Position numbers and translations under genes: made by a program. A stretch of DNA of 63,789 nt, the filler included. It is 9 parts of 9 records of this genome, joined end to end, with 100 filler letters (N's around TTAATTAATTAA, not from the genome) between each part and the next. Parts side by side here need not be neighbours in the genome. Positions count along the whole stretch, not along the records: positions 28,403 to 38,978 come from SRR7504441_1117; positions 39,079 to 43,091 come from SRR7504441_1118; positions 43,192 to 49,877 come from SRR7504441_1122; 6 more parts are not named here. One strand, given 5' to 3'. The first letter of the stretch is position 1, and the number at the start of each line of letters is the position of its first letter. Positions 35,170 to 46,671 of this stretch are shown piece after piece. The notes beneath the pieces are model-generated. The model ran no database searches. It was not told the DNA's origin and saw only the letters and a program-made list of their open reading frames with translations.

Positions 35170-37678
35170 TTATTGGTTTTGAGCGTTGAGCTTGTCACGC
35201 TGTTCTTTTTCGACCGTCAAGTTGCTGAAATCAAACCATAATCTATCGTACTTGAAGTCGGCATGGATTTCGACAAGGTCGCCCTGCTTGACCGGTGTGA
35301 TGCGCCCGCCAATCCCGCCCAGGTAGTAAACCACCTGGTTCCAGGCGCGCTGCCACGGCTCGCGCTCCTCGGACGGGGCTGTCGAGTAGCTGTGTGCGCA
35401 GTTGCCCTCGTGGTCGCTGAAGCACAGCTCGTACCAGACCAGAATGAACTGGGCGGCCCCGGTTGCAATGGCCGGCATCTCCTCGTAGTTGAAATCGCTT
35501 GTCCGGAAGCCTTCGCCTTCGAGCTCGATCTGGAGCAGTTGGACAGGGGCCGTGAGCAGCTTGTGAGGGTACGACTGCAGCCGGACGTACTGCCGGAGCT
35601 TGCTTATCTCATTCAGCGGGTGCAGCTCGAGCCCGACCGCCTTTGAAACATGGAACAGTGTGAGCAGCTCGGCAGACTCGGCCGCTGCAGCCATAACCTT
35701 GACCTGAGCTGGCACCACCCTGCCGTTGGGCTTGAGCAGCTCGCGCCTGGCGTGCTCAATCGTGCCGATCACGCCTTCGTTCAGAGGGTCATCTCCAAAC
35801 ACTTCTGCTACCACCTGCCCGGCCCGGCTGTGGCGCGCGGCTCAGCAGGCCAGCTCACCACATCGGCGTGCTCCGAGAGCGGGGGCGGGCCTACTGCCAT
35901 GTCCTTTGAGTACTCATTCACGAGCGATATTGAGTCTTCCAGCCCGTTCCGCCCAATCAGTGTCCTGCCGGCCCGCATCCGCACAGCCGGCGGCCGGGGG
36001 GGGCTACCTGGCGACCTCGGCCATCGCTTCATCCTGCGCCAGCCAGTCAGCTGCGAGCGAGCAGGCTAGTTTGCCTTCTCCACAGCCACCACAGCCTGCG
36101 CCCCGAGCCTGGCCGCACACATGGAGAGCAAGCCTGAGCCGGCGCCAATGTCCAGCACTGTAGCCGGCTCCCCGCTGATTGCACAGGCCAGCCCATCGCG
36201 GAAGGCCTGGTATCGGGCCGTGTCGTTGATCATCACGAAATGATACGGCAATATCTCATACCTGGCCCCGAGCTCGCGCCCGACCAGACCGCGAGGCACG
36301 CTTCGTCCTGGTAGTACACATCCGAGTGCGGGGCCCATTGGGCGGGCATCTCGGGCCTTTCGATCTCAAAACTCACCCCTGGCTGAGCTCAGCCCCAGAG
36401 CACTCTGACCAGCACCGTGCCGCAACCGATCGATGTCGGCTCGGAGGGTCAGCTGCTCCCCGACTTGCAGCTCGGTCTGGCCGTCGACGTACGCGGCGAT
36501 CTGCGCGGGCTCAGCCGTGGCGACGGGCGGCTGGCCTGGCTGTAGTGCAAGTTGCCCGGCTCGAATGGAGAGTTGCCCGTCCAGCACCCGAGCTCGACTT
36601 GGTACCAGTAGAGCACGCAGTCCAGCCGGCCCGGTCGGATCAGCTCCACCTGAGTCGGCTGGCCGGCCGGGGGGCTCTCTTGCGCGTTCAGATCCCACTC
36701 TAGCAGCACGGCCGGCTCAGAGAGCATGCAGGCGGTCGTGTGCTCGTGCCATCGGACCACTCGCTGCCACCGGCGCATCCGATCGAACAGCTCGAGCCGG
36801 GTGCCGTCCAGCTGGACGTTAGGCTCTATCCTGTCCAGCCCGACCATCGACTTGCTCTCCACACAAGCGGCCATCAGCCTCAGCCGGCCCGGCACCACCC
36901 GCGCCCCTCCGGCCAGCGCCCCCGACTGGCGGGCCCAGCTCAGCTCGGCCCGGAAGGAGCGGCCGGAGTGCGGGCAAGCGGCCAGCGGGTCCATATCGAA
37001 GGCCTCGATCAGCCTGGCCACAGCGAGTTCGCACCCGGCGCCTTGGTGCGGCTCTAGCCCGTTCGCTGTGACCTGGACCACGGCATCTAGCTGGTTGGCG
37101 GCCACCACGTTGCTGATCATGTGCTGCGAGGTCAGGTCGCCCTCCTCGAGCGGCACCAGCACCTTGGTCGCCCCGTGCCGCCCGGCCAGCATCCCGAGCA
37201 CCCCCGCCCCGGCCGCCCCGCCCAGATCGAGCACCGACCGGCCCGACAGCTGGCCCAAGATGGCCTGCTCGTACGCCTCGAGCGCCGGGTGGTTGAGGCT
37301 AGCAAAGGTGATCCCCACCCGGACCCCCAGCGCCCGGGTTCGGGTGGCCAGATGCGACAAGTTCTCGCGAGCCGACTGGAAGCTCGGCTTGAGGCTGAGC
37401 GCCTTCAGGTAGCACATGATCGCCTTGTGCAGCTCGGCCGGCTGCTTGAGCACCAGCACATTCCCGAGCACGAACGCCGCGTCGTGGCCCGGCCGGGCTT
37501 GCAGGCTGCGGAGCAGCGCGCTCTCGGCGTCGGCCAGTCGGTTCTCCCTTAGGGCTGTCTGGCCTAGCTTGTACAGCGCGGTGGCCTGACGCCGCTGCTC
37601 CTGCTGCTCGTCCGTCAGGCCGCACTCGCCCGGACCCCGCAGCTGCTCGAACAGCCGCCGAATGTTGCCAACGTCCAT
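35170..37678 (-). CDS. TPR plus tandem PRMT-domain protein (PRMT7/PRMT9-like)
   Basis: TPRs (ALYKLGQTAL.., AAFVLGNVL..); domain 1 VLDLGGAAGAGVLGMLA; domain 2 YHFVMINDTAR, VLDIGAGSGLLSMCAARLGA and AEVFGDDPLNEG. Confidence 0.85.
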
Positions 37679-38017
37679 GTCGCACCCGCTCGTGCTGCTC
37701 GAAACCGCGCGAGTCCAGCTGCCGAGTTTAACGGCATGACTATCCCGCTCATCCTGCTCATCTGACAATGCATACACGAACGCCCACACCAAGAGAATGC
37801 CAAACGCACGACCGGTGATGCAGGTTCGCCCCAGAGACTGAAACACTGGGAGTCCTGCATGACATTGTAATCTTATGTATATGTAATAAAGCGCGCACTA
37901 CCTGTTATTATTAATTATACAATCATAGAGAGGGTTTTGATCAAGCTAGTGATCCGGTCAAGGCTTATGATCCGTTGGTCGATACCGACTACCGTGATAC
38001 AGCCCGACAGCCGCCCC

Positions 38018-38978
38018 TCACCGAGCTGGAGGCGGGAGCACTTCGGCCTGCAGCCCGGTGAGCACTGGCAGCGCAGCTCGGGGCACCTGGTGCTCCAGAT
38101 GGCCCGAGTACCGCCGGGTGTTCATCCCGGTCAAAAAGTCGTTGTAGCTGATCTTGCCATCCTGCGAACGGCTCAACTGCTGCCCGGCAGCCGCAGTTAC
38201 ATGGTCTGTGTCAAACAGCGAAAGCAGCGCTTTGAGCGTGTTGCGATCGGTCTCGATATTGAACTCTGCATCACGCGCCAGTCACAATCGCGGCCCACCC
38301 GACGCGGACCTTTGAGACAGCGCTCGAACTCCGCGACCGAGATGAATCCGTCAAAGTTCTTGTCGAGGCTGATGAACGCTCTTCGCATCGACACCCACTT
38401 GCTCTGGATCTGCGTCACAAGTTAGTTGCTCCAAAACCGCAAGCCACCTTGGCCCGGATTTGATCGGTCAGCAGATGGGTCTTGCACAGCTTGGGCCTGC
38501 ACATGCTCTAGAAACCCTGTCGCACCGGCTCTAGAAACACCGGTGTTCGCTCTCTGGCGAGCGAGCCAGCTCGGCGCGGCCTCCGATCATGTCGCAGAAC
38601 TCAGTGAACGAGACTCGGCCGTTGGCGTCGCCGTGGAAGGAGACCATTGTGCTGCACCCGCCGGTGAGGCCGGTCAGCTAGCTGGACGCACCGGATATCG
38701 GCATCGGTGGCATCCACGTTGAACTGACGGAATGTGCGTTGCCAATCAAACACAGAGATGTAGTTGTTGCAGTCCTGGTCGAAGGCCCGGAACGCCTGCT
38801 GGATCGAGCCGTACTTGCGGTTCACCTGCAGCGGCTGTGAGCGTTTGGTTGGGCTGGTCGTACCTTGTTCCGCAGCACAGTGAGCAGCCGCTCTCGCGTG
38901 TACCGTGTGGGCTGAGACACCGCGGAGGACGCATTCCCCTCCTCGTCCACACCCAGCCGCGCCTGCTGCTCGTCGGTG
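38018..38978 (-). CDS. Multi-EF-hand protein (EFCAB6-like repeats), 5' truncated
   Basis: KYGSIQQAFRAFDQDCNNYIS, KWVSMRRAFISLDKNFDGFISVAEF and FDTD|QDGKISYNDF. Confidence 0.85.
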
Positions 38979-39080
38979 NNNNNNNNNNNNNNNNNNNNNN
39001 NNNNNNNNNNNNNNNNNNNNNNTTAATTAATTAANNNNNNNNNNNNNNNNNNNNNNNNNNNNNNNNNNNNNNNNNNNNCA

Positions 39081-41777
39081 GCTGGAGGCCCAACAGCGCG
39101 AGCGGCAGCTGTTCCACGCGGAGCTCGACCGCGCGCTCCGGATGCTCGGAACCAACGGACTGGACCAGCTGCCCCAACAGCCGCCCGCCCGCTCGTACGC
39201 AGCCGCGGCTCAGAGCCCCAAGGTGGCGATCGAGGCGCCCTCGCACGCCGCACTGCCGTCGTCGGACGTTGCGGCGTTGCTTGGAGTCTACTCGAAGGAG
39301 TACCAGGTGGAGCTGCCTCAGGCCGCCCCGGGGGGTCTGGAGGGCCGGGAGCTGTGTGGCTGGCTGCGGCAACACTACTACCCGGGGAAGCTGTATGATT
39401 ACGGGACGAGCAAGAATTTTATGTATGGATTTATTGACAACAGGAAGGGGCACATCGAGGCCATCTACACCGGGGACATGCTCGCCGTCCGCGAGCGCGA
39501 GATGCACCAAGCCAAGGCGGCCGGCAAGGAGGCCTATGACGCCACCGGCTCCGGCAAGGGCTTGAACGCGGAGCACGTCTATCCACAGTCGATCCTCAAA
39601 CGAGCCGGGCTAGGCGACACAGCCAAAGGCGACCTGCACCACATCTACCCGGCTAGAGTGGCCACCAACCGGGTCCGGTCCAATCTCGCCTTCGGGGAAG
39701 CCGCGGACGGGAAGGCGGTGGACGGGCTCGGCCGGCAGTCAGACGTGCCCTCAGCTCGGGGCGCTGAAGTGAGCCAGCTGGACAGGGCCGCCGGCCGATT
39801 CGAGCCGCGGGATGTGTCCAAGGGCAACATCGCCCGGGCCGTGTTCTACGTGGTTGCTGTGTACGGCGACGCTTTGCTCGATGGGCACGATCAGAAGATT
39901 CGGGACGACGACTTGAAGTTCTTTGACATCATGCGCTCGACCCTGCTCGACTGGCACGTCAGTGACCCCGTGGACATGCCGGAGCTCCGGCGGTCGTTCG
40001 CGATCGCCAAGGTCCAGAAGAACCTGAACCCGTTTGTGATCTTCTCCGACCTGCCCGCCAGGCTATTCGGCGTGCTTCCTCCGAGCGGGCACGTGGAGTG
40101 GGGCCGAGCGCCGCCGTCAGCCACTATCTGCGGGCCAGAGAGCATGGCCCAGCCAGCCGACCTCAACTCGCTGTTCCCACTGCCGGCGGCCGAGCCGCCC
40201 AAGCCGCTGGCTAGGTCGTGGCCTGCTCCAGACAGCCCTGTGCTCCAGCTGCCGCTGAGTGCCAGGCCGGACAGGCTTCTGGCAGAGCTTCAGGTCAAGC
40301 TGGCCGAATCGCACGGACTGCTTCGAGAGCAACTCGAGCACAAGAATGGAGCGATTGTGTTCACCTTCACCCGCGAGATCGGCGAAGAGCTCTGCAGTGG
40401 GCTTAAAGACGCCAGATCCCGACGAACACTCGAAGCTCTCCAGCAGGGTCAAGAGTACTGCATTATCCGGTATGGCGCGCTGGTGGTGTCGGTGAGGGCT
40501 GCCGTTTGGGATTGGCTGACTGGGCGGGGCAGCGGGACGATGACATGCCGTGGGTGCTCCAACAGCTGCGCGAGCACTCTCAGTTCCCAGCGGTGCTCCA
40601 GGTGCTCCCGATGCAGCTCAGGGAGCGCGACGACCGCCACTGGGTGACGGTGACTGAGCGGCAAGTCGGGGACTACCTCGATCACCTGAACAAGCCACCC
40701 GAGGCCCCAAGCGCTGACGGCGAGATCTTCGTGATGCAGTACAACGTGGAGAACTTGTTTGACACTTTTGATGATCCGGATCACGACGACGACGAGTACA
40801 CGCCCGATGGCCGGATGAAGTGGACTGAGCCCAAGCTCGAGCTGCACATGCGGATGCTCGCCAGGGCTATCAAGTTCGTCAACGGCGGCCGCGGTCCAGA
40901 CGTGCTCAGCCTGCAGGAGATAGAGAACAAGGAGGTGCTCGACCGGCTGCGCCAGGAGCACCTGGCCGAGCTAGGGTACGGCCCCGCTATCCTCGAGGAG
41001 GGGCTCGACAAGCGTGGGATCGACGTGGCGCTCCTCACACGGCTCCCGGTGGTCAGCCACCAGCTGCGCGAGCCGTACGACGAGAGCTGGGTCAAGCCTT
41101 CTCGGCCGGTGCTCGAGGTGGAGCTGGAGGCCGGCAACGGCAGCAGCCTGCACGTGATGGTCAACCACTGGCCGTCTAAGCGAGGCGGCGCGGCTGCAGA
41201 AGCCGATCGGTGTAAGGTGGCAAGGCTAGTGGCCGGCCGATGCAAGGAGCTGGTAGCCGCCGACCCGAACGCGAGCGTGGTGATGCTCGGCGACCTGAAC
41301 GCCAAGCTGGGCGAGCCGCCGCTTGGTCCCGGCGCACTCCCGAGCACGTGGGACATGCACGCGGTGGTCGAGGCCGGCGGCGAGCTTGTCTTTGACGCGA
41401 TGCACGACGCGGGATACAACAAGCCCGGCCAGCCGCATCGGCCGCCGGAGCTGGCAGCAACCAATGGAGATCCGCGGCAGGTCGGGACGGTCGGGACGCA
41501 CTATTATTGGAAGGATCGGGACTACAGCTGCCTGGACCACGTGCTGCTCTCGCCCGGGCTGCTCTCACCTGGGCTTGGACTGGCCGGACTCAAGTACATC
41601 CCTGGATCGTGCCAAATCGTGTGCCCCCGATTCATGTGCCAGAGCACCGGCAAAGACCGCGGCTCGCCCAAGCGGTTCTGGCCGTTCTGGTGGAAGAATC
41701 GGCCCGGGATGCCAAAGGAGGACGATCTTGGGTTCAGCGATCACTTCCCAGTTGTGCTGCGACTGGCCAGCTGCTAG
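39081..41777 (+). CDS. Endonuclease I (His-Me finger) fused to an EEP nuclease, probably 5' truncated
   Basis: EndoI motifs NAEHVYPQS, DLHHIYPA..N..RSN, FEPRDVSKGNIARAVFY and DPVD..E..R; intron 40492-40532; EEP motifs YNVENLFD, LQEIEN, NHWPSKRGG, GDLN, DH and GFSDHFPV. Confidence 0.9.
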
Positions 41778-42142
41778 ATGATAGCGGTTAGATAGCGGTC
41801 CCCGACGGACGGTGCAGCAAGACACGACACGTGGGAGATCAACGGCACAGATGACACTACATGTACGGATGACATGGTTACCGATGTTTTAGTATTAGTA
41901 CGATACAATGACCCTATTATGATCAGGCCAAATTTGGGTCATACGTACAGTACGTGTGCTTTGGCAACTATTAAGTATCATGTACAACTATTGATAAGAA
42001 ATTTGGAATCAAACATTCTTGGACTGTGTGTGCTAAGCAACTCACTACTATCAATCAACTAACAGGTCCCACGACCGGGCCCCATCTTAGGAGTTCTAAC
42101 ATTACATTTGAGAGTCAGGGCTGTCAGGCTCACATTCCTTCA

Positions 42143-43012
42143 TCACGCTTGCTCAGCTTCCTCCGTATCGGTCGCCTCGACAGGCGGCCACTCCATTATC
42201 TCGAGCCAGCCAGCCGCGTACCGCCGCCCGAACCGCTCCAGACTTGCAGTGTCAAAATGCAGCCAATCGCCACGGTGGGTGAGACCTCCAGAGCCTACCA
42301 GCCCTGCCATATCTGTGTGCTCCGCCGTCTGCTTCAGCTGCCCCTGGACAACCCCGGCGTGCTTGCACCGCTCGGCGCTCATGCCTTGCCCGGCGAACTG
42401 CCCGAGCTCTCCGATCAAGAACGGGACCGGCTTGGCCAGGTCAGCACACACCACCGAGTGTCCGTCCCGTAGGCTGTCGATCAGCGCCGATAGCCGAACG
42501 GCCACACTCTCGGCCAGCAACAGCTCGCCGGCGTCGGTCTCTCCCTGGTGCCAGAGCACGCCCGCCAGCTCGGTGTCCGGCTGGGCCAGCGCGGCCCGTA
42601 GCCGGCTTACAGTGTGCCGCCATAAGTCGCCGTCCTCGCCCGGGTTGGGCGGGAGCTCTGCTGCGCACGGCTCGGGGGCGTCCGCCAGCGTCGCCTCGGG
42701 CTGCGGCTGCCACCGCGAGAGCGGCGAGCCGCCGTAAGCGCACGGTACCAGCCCGATCCGTTGGAACCGGGCCGTGAACTCCGGACTGGCTAGCAGCGCG
42801 CTGGCGAAGGCGGTGGCGAGGCATCCGCCGATCTTGCCGGCACTGGCGGCGATCGGGGGATCGTTGTGCACCGGGAGCTGGAGCGGGCCCCAGCAGTTGA
42901 GGTCGTACGAGAAGCACAGGATCCGGGGGTCGGGCGGGGGTGGCTCAGTGGGCAGCACCCCCCGCCCGCTCATGTTGGACTGCCCGGCCAGCAGGAACAC
43001 GCCGGTGGGCAT
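42143..43012 (-). CDS. SASA-domain SGNH carbohydrate acetylesterase (CE6-like), intronless
   Basis: FLLAGQSNMSGRG, IGLVPCAYGGS, WHQGETD and DWLHF. Confidence 0.92.
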   Translation of the reverse strand: MPTGVFLLAGQSNMSGRGVLPTEPPPPDPRILCFSYDLNCWGPLQLPVHNDPPIAASAGKIGGCLATAFASALLASPEFTARFQRIGLVPCAYGGSPLSRWQPQPEATLADAPEPCAAELPPNPGEDGDLWRHTVSRLRAALAQPDTELAGVLWHQGETDAGELLLAESVAVRLSALIDSLRDGHSVVCADLAKPVPFLIGELGQFAGQGMSAERCKHAGVVQGQLKQTAEHTDMAGLVGSGGLTHRGDWLHFDTASLERFGRRYAAGWLEIMEWPPVEATDTEEAEQA

Positions 43013-43191
43013 TCTCAAGGACGGCCGAGCCGAGAGCCACCCGCGCTCGGGCCAGCTCGAGGTCCGGTCCTCGCGTGCCAAGAGGGGGGGGNNNNNNNNN
43101 NNNNNNNNNNNNNNNNNNNNNNNNNNNNNNNNNNNTTAATTAATTAANNNNNNNNNNNNNNNNNNNNNNNNNNNNNNNNNNNNNNNNNNNN

Positions 43192-44100
43192 TGGACCGAG
43201 TCCTGCCCCCGCCCATCCCCCCTCCCCCTTGCTGGCCGCACCAGCACGGCAGAGATCCCGACGTGCTGCTGCTTCCTAAGACTGGCCAGCTCCCCCCTCA
43301 GCAACTCGGTCTGCCGCCCGCTCGCCGGCCCAAGCCATGGCGCGCACCTCGTTCTGGGCCAGCTGCACTTGGCTCCGCAGCCCTTGCACCTGCTGGTGCT
43401 GGCTGCTCTCCCTCTGCTGCATCTGCTGGTTTTGCTCCTGCAGCTGGTTCACTCTCCCCAGCGCCTGAGACAGATGGTGCATCTGCAGCCCGCTCCCGCC
43501 GCCCACCCCGCCCCGCCAGGCGGCCACGGCACGGTGGCAGGCGCTCCAGTGCATCGCTCCCGCCAGCCCGCGCAGGATCCGCAGCCCCGCTTGCTTGTCG
43601 AACAGCGCGCAGTTCAGCACCAGCGCCTGAGCGTCGGCCACTGCCTTGCGCGTCTCCGCCGCCCGGGCCCGCAACTTATCCCGCTCGACGACCAGCTCAG
43701 CCCGCTCAGCGGCCCACTCGGCCTCGGCCGCCCGGAGCCGCCGCAGCTCGTCCTCGCCCGCCTGGTGCGGCACCCCTGAGGATTCTAAGTGCTCCGAGCG
43801 CAGACGCCCCACTGGCGACAGACTGCGCGGGGCTGGGTCGTAGTAAGAGGCGGCCAGCGGGCTCCCAGAGGTCTGTGCCCGGCCGGCAAGCACCCCCGCG
43901 CGCAGGGGACTGCCCGGGGAGAGTGGACTGCCCAGCCGGCCGGCCGAGCTTGTGGGCTTGAACGAGCCGTCGTTCCCGAGCCGCTGGTTGAGCCCGGCGA
44001 GCACCCCGACCAGCCCGGCCCATTCCCCCGGCTGCGAGTACCCAGCCGGTCGGCCCGCGCCGGAGGCCCAGCCCAGCTCCTCAGGGCGGCCAGTAGCCAT
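43192..44100 (-). CDS. Coiled-coil hypothetical protein, 3' truncated
   Basis: ORF of 274 aa with Ser/Pro-rich N-terminus and coiled coils (ELRRLRAAEAEWAAERAEL; QLQEQNQQMQQ). Confidence 0.6.
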
Positions 44101-44491
44101 CGATCAGGTGTCAGGACAGGTTTCCCAACCGCCGTCAACCGCCGTGCTAAAATCGGCCTGCTACTGTAAAATCAGTGAAATGTGCCCGCGATCTACCCGC
44201 GATCCGACTGTGCGCGGTGCTCCCAGAGGAGGCGGGGGGTTGTAGGGTACCCGTGGGCCTCTAGGGGGTGCCTAGAGAGGTGATTCAGCCGGTTGATTTC
44301 TTTATTGATATCTAATTGATAATTAATCGATATCGATTCTTTGCCGACTTTTCGACTTTTGCGCACGTTATACATTTTCGGTAGGGCATTCGCACGTCTC
44401 CATCTCATTGCGCCTTAATGCAGACGGACTGATGAGGCTCGCACGACTGATGAGTTCGTATCTAAATAAATATACAGTGATCTTGAGCTGC

Positions 44492-45641
44492 TCAAACAAT
44501 GGTGATGTCGGAGCAGCTGCTCCACACCTGCGCGGTCTCCTCCACGTCCCACCGCCACCCCAGCACGTACTCGCCTGCCAGCCACGCTGCTCAGACACCC
44601 GGGCGGCTGGGCACCGGGCGGCGTGTCGGAGGGCACTCGGAGCACGTCAACAACCGACACAGCGAACGGGCGCTCGCCGGAGCAGAGGTTGGTGTTGCCG
44701 GGGACCTTGATCGAGTCGCACGGCGGCTTGAACTCCCACTCGGCCGAATAGGCCCCGATCGAGCCCTTCTGGGTAGAGTCAGGGATAGGATTCACCGCCC
44801 AGCTCTCGCCGACTGGCAGCTGACCTTCCGCAGTGATGGCCGCAACTGAGCCGTTGGCGTAGGCGTACTTGCTCGGGATCAGCTGCCGGCTGCCGTTGCC
44901 GTACTGCAAGTACTGGCGCCCGACGAACGGGAGCGGCATCCGCTGGAAGCACTGCTCGGTGAGGTTTGCGCTCGACGGGCACAGCCGGAGCTGGTACCCG
45001 CCTCCGTGGTTGGCACGCATGCCCCACACGATCTCGGCCTCGGCCCCGGCGGTCCAGCTAGCCTGGGAGGGCATCGGCCTGAGCACCTGGCTGCCCAGCT
45101 CGCCGTGCTTGGCGTTCGACGTGTTTATAAACCCGGCCGCCCCGGGCCCGAGCTCGCCCGGATAGCCGCCCCCGGCCTTGCCGCACGGGTCGAAGACCGG
45201 GGCGGTGCCCGGGGCGCGCCAGGGGTTCCACCTGTAGATGTCTGTGTCCGCGTTGCACGGGGCCTTGACGTTGTAAGTGCGGAGTCGCTCGTCGCACACC
45301 TTGGCGCGCATCCCGAGACCGCAAGTGTCAACCTGGTCCCGCGCGTGGACCCCAGTGCAGTGCGGGCAGCCGATGGTGCACCCCTGGGAGAACCAGAAGC
45401 ACGTCTGCCCGATGTTGCAGGCCGAGGTGCCGTTGGAGCACCAGCAGCCGCACGAGGCGCCGTAGGGCAGGCAGGCGGCCCTGCCGTCGTACCCTGGGAA
45501 CTTGTTGGCTCCGAATCGCGGGTCGGTCCCAGCGTCGACCGCGTTCCGAGGTCTCGGGACGATCAGGTTGGAGTGGGCGCGCGTCACCAACGGGAGCACA
45601 GCCAGAAGAAGCACAGTGAGCGCAGTGTGCCTCATCCCCAT
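44492..45641 (-). CDS. Secreted lytic polysaccharide monooxygenase-like protein (AA16-like)
   Basis: Signal peptide ending TRA, then mature His1 (HSNLIVPRPRN); ANHGGGYQLRLCP; after one intron EYVLGWRWDVEETAQVWSSCSDITIV*. Confidence 0.85.
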
Positions 45642-45707
45642 CTCAGCTCAGAGCTCGAAAGTTCCTGATTTTAGAAGCGGGGAATCAGGCGAGTTCACTG
45701 CCACACC

Positions 45708-46268
45708 ATGGCTGGCGGTCGGCACCGCGCCTTGCGGCAGTGGGCGCGCTGGGCGATGGCGGGCGCGATGGCGGTGCGAGTGCTCCAGTCTGTGAACCTG
45801 CTCGGGGACGGGCCGGCGCTCGGGCTCACGCTAGGGCTTCTCGGGGCGGCCGGCGGGCTGCAGCTTCTGTGCCTGGAGGCCAGAGACTTCTCCTTCACCA
45901 GCTGGTTCACGCTCTGGCTGGTCGGGACACTGGGCGGCGGCGCGCTGGCGCAGGCCGCGATCGGGCAGACGTTCCTCATCCCTTGGGCCGAGCAGTACCT
46001 GCCGCAGCTGGCGGCGGCGTTGGTGCGGCTGGCGGTGCATTTGTTCGGGGCGTGTGCGCTGGGCGGGCTGCTAGTGCTCAGCGAGGGCCTGGAGAGCACC
46101 CGGGCTGATCTGGCCCGGGATCTGGGCGACACCGATCGGGATCGGGAGGAGAGGGCCAGGCGAGAGCGGGCGCGGGCTGAGCATGAGCAAAGATGGTTTC
46201 GGAGGGTGATCGGACGAACGGACGAGCGAGATCGGATGGCTAGCTGGCAGCGGGAGCAGGACGGCTGA
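45708..46268 (+). CDS. Small multi-pass membrane protein with Arg/Glu-rich C-terminus
   Basis: ORF of 186 aa with 3-4 hydrophobic helices; divergent from the LPMO. Confidence 0.65.
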   Translation: MAGGRHRALRQWARWAMAGAMAVRVLQSVNLLGDGPALGLTLGLLGAAGGLQLLCLEARDFSFTSWFTLWLVGTLGGGALAQAAIGQTFLIPWAEQYLPQLAAALVRLAVHLFGACALGGLLVLSEGLESTRADLARDLGDTDRDREERARRERARAEHEQRWFRRVIGRTDERDRMASWQREQDG

Positions 46269-46363
46269 CACTGGGTGTCGCGACGCCGGTGCTACGCAGC
46301 AGATGATGTTGTGGCCGGAGTTCAAATGTTGCGGTACGACAATGTCATGCACTTGGAGGATTG

Positions 46364-46392
46364 TACGAGTACGAGTACGAGTACGAGTACGA
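46364..46392 (+). repeat. (TACGAG)n microsatellite
   Basis: About 4.8 tandem copies: tacgagtacgagtacgagtacgagtacga. Confidence 0.9.
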
Positions 46393-46671
46393 CGATCGTA
46401 CGAGCGCGAGCACTTGAATGTTCAAATTGTTTAATTACAATATTTTATTATCGTAGCGGCCACAGACATTTCACGGCCACTTAGATCTACATGTACATGA
46501 ATTGTACTATCGTGTACAAGTCTATACAAGTCGAGGTTCAGTGCTAGTTCAGGGCAGTGTCTGATGGCAATCTGACCGAATGGCATTGTATGTTAATTGT
46601 ATGTACTTGAGTTTGCGACTCTGCGCTGTTCTCTCTGGCCACCCAGGTCGTCGGCATCGATTAAGCATCGG

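Noticed and set aside
40492-40647. Programmed frameshift between the EndoI and EEP ORFs
   Set aside because: A canonical 41-nt intron with a CTGAC branch motif joins the frames.
42143-45641. CE6 esterase plus LPMO as a polysaccharide-utilisation cluster
   Set aside because: They lie on different contigs separated by the linker at 43092-43191.
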